This document shows positions 24,558 to 24,637 of a stretch of DNA of 24,637 nt, one piece after another (position 1 is the first letter of the stretch; each line of letters opens with the position of its first letter). Origin of the DNA: an uncultured virus (IMG/VR IMGVR_UViG_3300045738_002143) (Duplodnaviria > Heunggongvirae > Uroviricota > Caudoviricetes). The DNA is taken from IMG/VR virus record IMGVR_UViG_3300045738_002143. One strand, written 5' to 3'. The notes beneath the pieces were generated by a model. That model searched no databases. It worked only from the letters and a program-made list of their open reading frames with translations, and was not told the DNA's origin. A program made the position numbers and the translations under genes.

Positions 24558-24637
24558 ATGAACTTCCGAGAATGGCTTAATTTAGACGAAATGTCGGCAC
24601 GACGGTCCTTTGCTCATACAATGGGTAAATTCCGAAA
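24558..24637 (+). CDS. 5' end of a protein with capsid-targeting-like N-terminus (MNFREWLNLDEMS), truncated by window end
   Basis: TAGATA 5 nt before ATG 24558; frame is open to the end (an in-frame ATG also exists at 24459). Confidence 0.65.
   Translation, partial: MNFREWLNLDEMSARRSFAHTMGKFR

Noticed and set aside
1..24637. Genome-wide stop-codon reassignment (TGA=Trp or TAG=Gln)
   Set aside because: TGA ends genes at ATGA couplings (14361, 22008) and TAG ends prs and clpX at expected lengths; Trp is TGG in conserved genes.

Overview
Gene-dense 24.6 kb segment that most likely comes from a large (jumbo-type, T4-like) bacteriophage genome. A Planctomycetota-like host is a weak inference from the multiple csrA paralogues. 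No structural genes, rRNA, tRNA or CRISPR array are visible. The window is a patchwork of short transcription units with intrinsic terminators. It encodes host-like auxiliary genes (prs-like, metK, clpX, three csrA, a stand-alone RNAP alpha-CTD, GT2 glycosyltransferases, methyltransferases, an M19 dipeptidase, VOC and GGCT proteins). It also encodes DNA-associated proteins (ParB-like, OB-less ligase domain, SprT protease, GHKL ATPase-metalloprotease fusion, AT-hook protein) and candidate host-takeover enzymes (two 2H phosphoesterases, two ART-like proteins, a WGR-helical-catalytic PARP with an intact H-Y-E triad). Signals read directly from the DNA: (1) a TTTACA-N16/17-TAnnnT promoter family; (2) a TGTGATGCGAG motif at the predicted +1 of several promoters and arrayed five times at 22345-22518; (3) five ORFs with a T4 capsid-targeting-like N-terminus, four of them directly behind a TA[ATG]ATA box that implies leaderless mRNA; (4) a methyltransferase cassette flanked by a perfect 66-bp direct repeat that supplies its promoter-like box, start codon and stop codon; (5) an unannotated 12-Cys metallothionein-like mini-gene; (6) a signal-peptide ORF with two in-frame UGA codons, each followed by a hairpin 13 nt downstream. 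All family calls come from motif recognition by eye, not from database searches.
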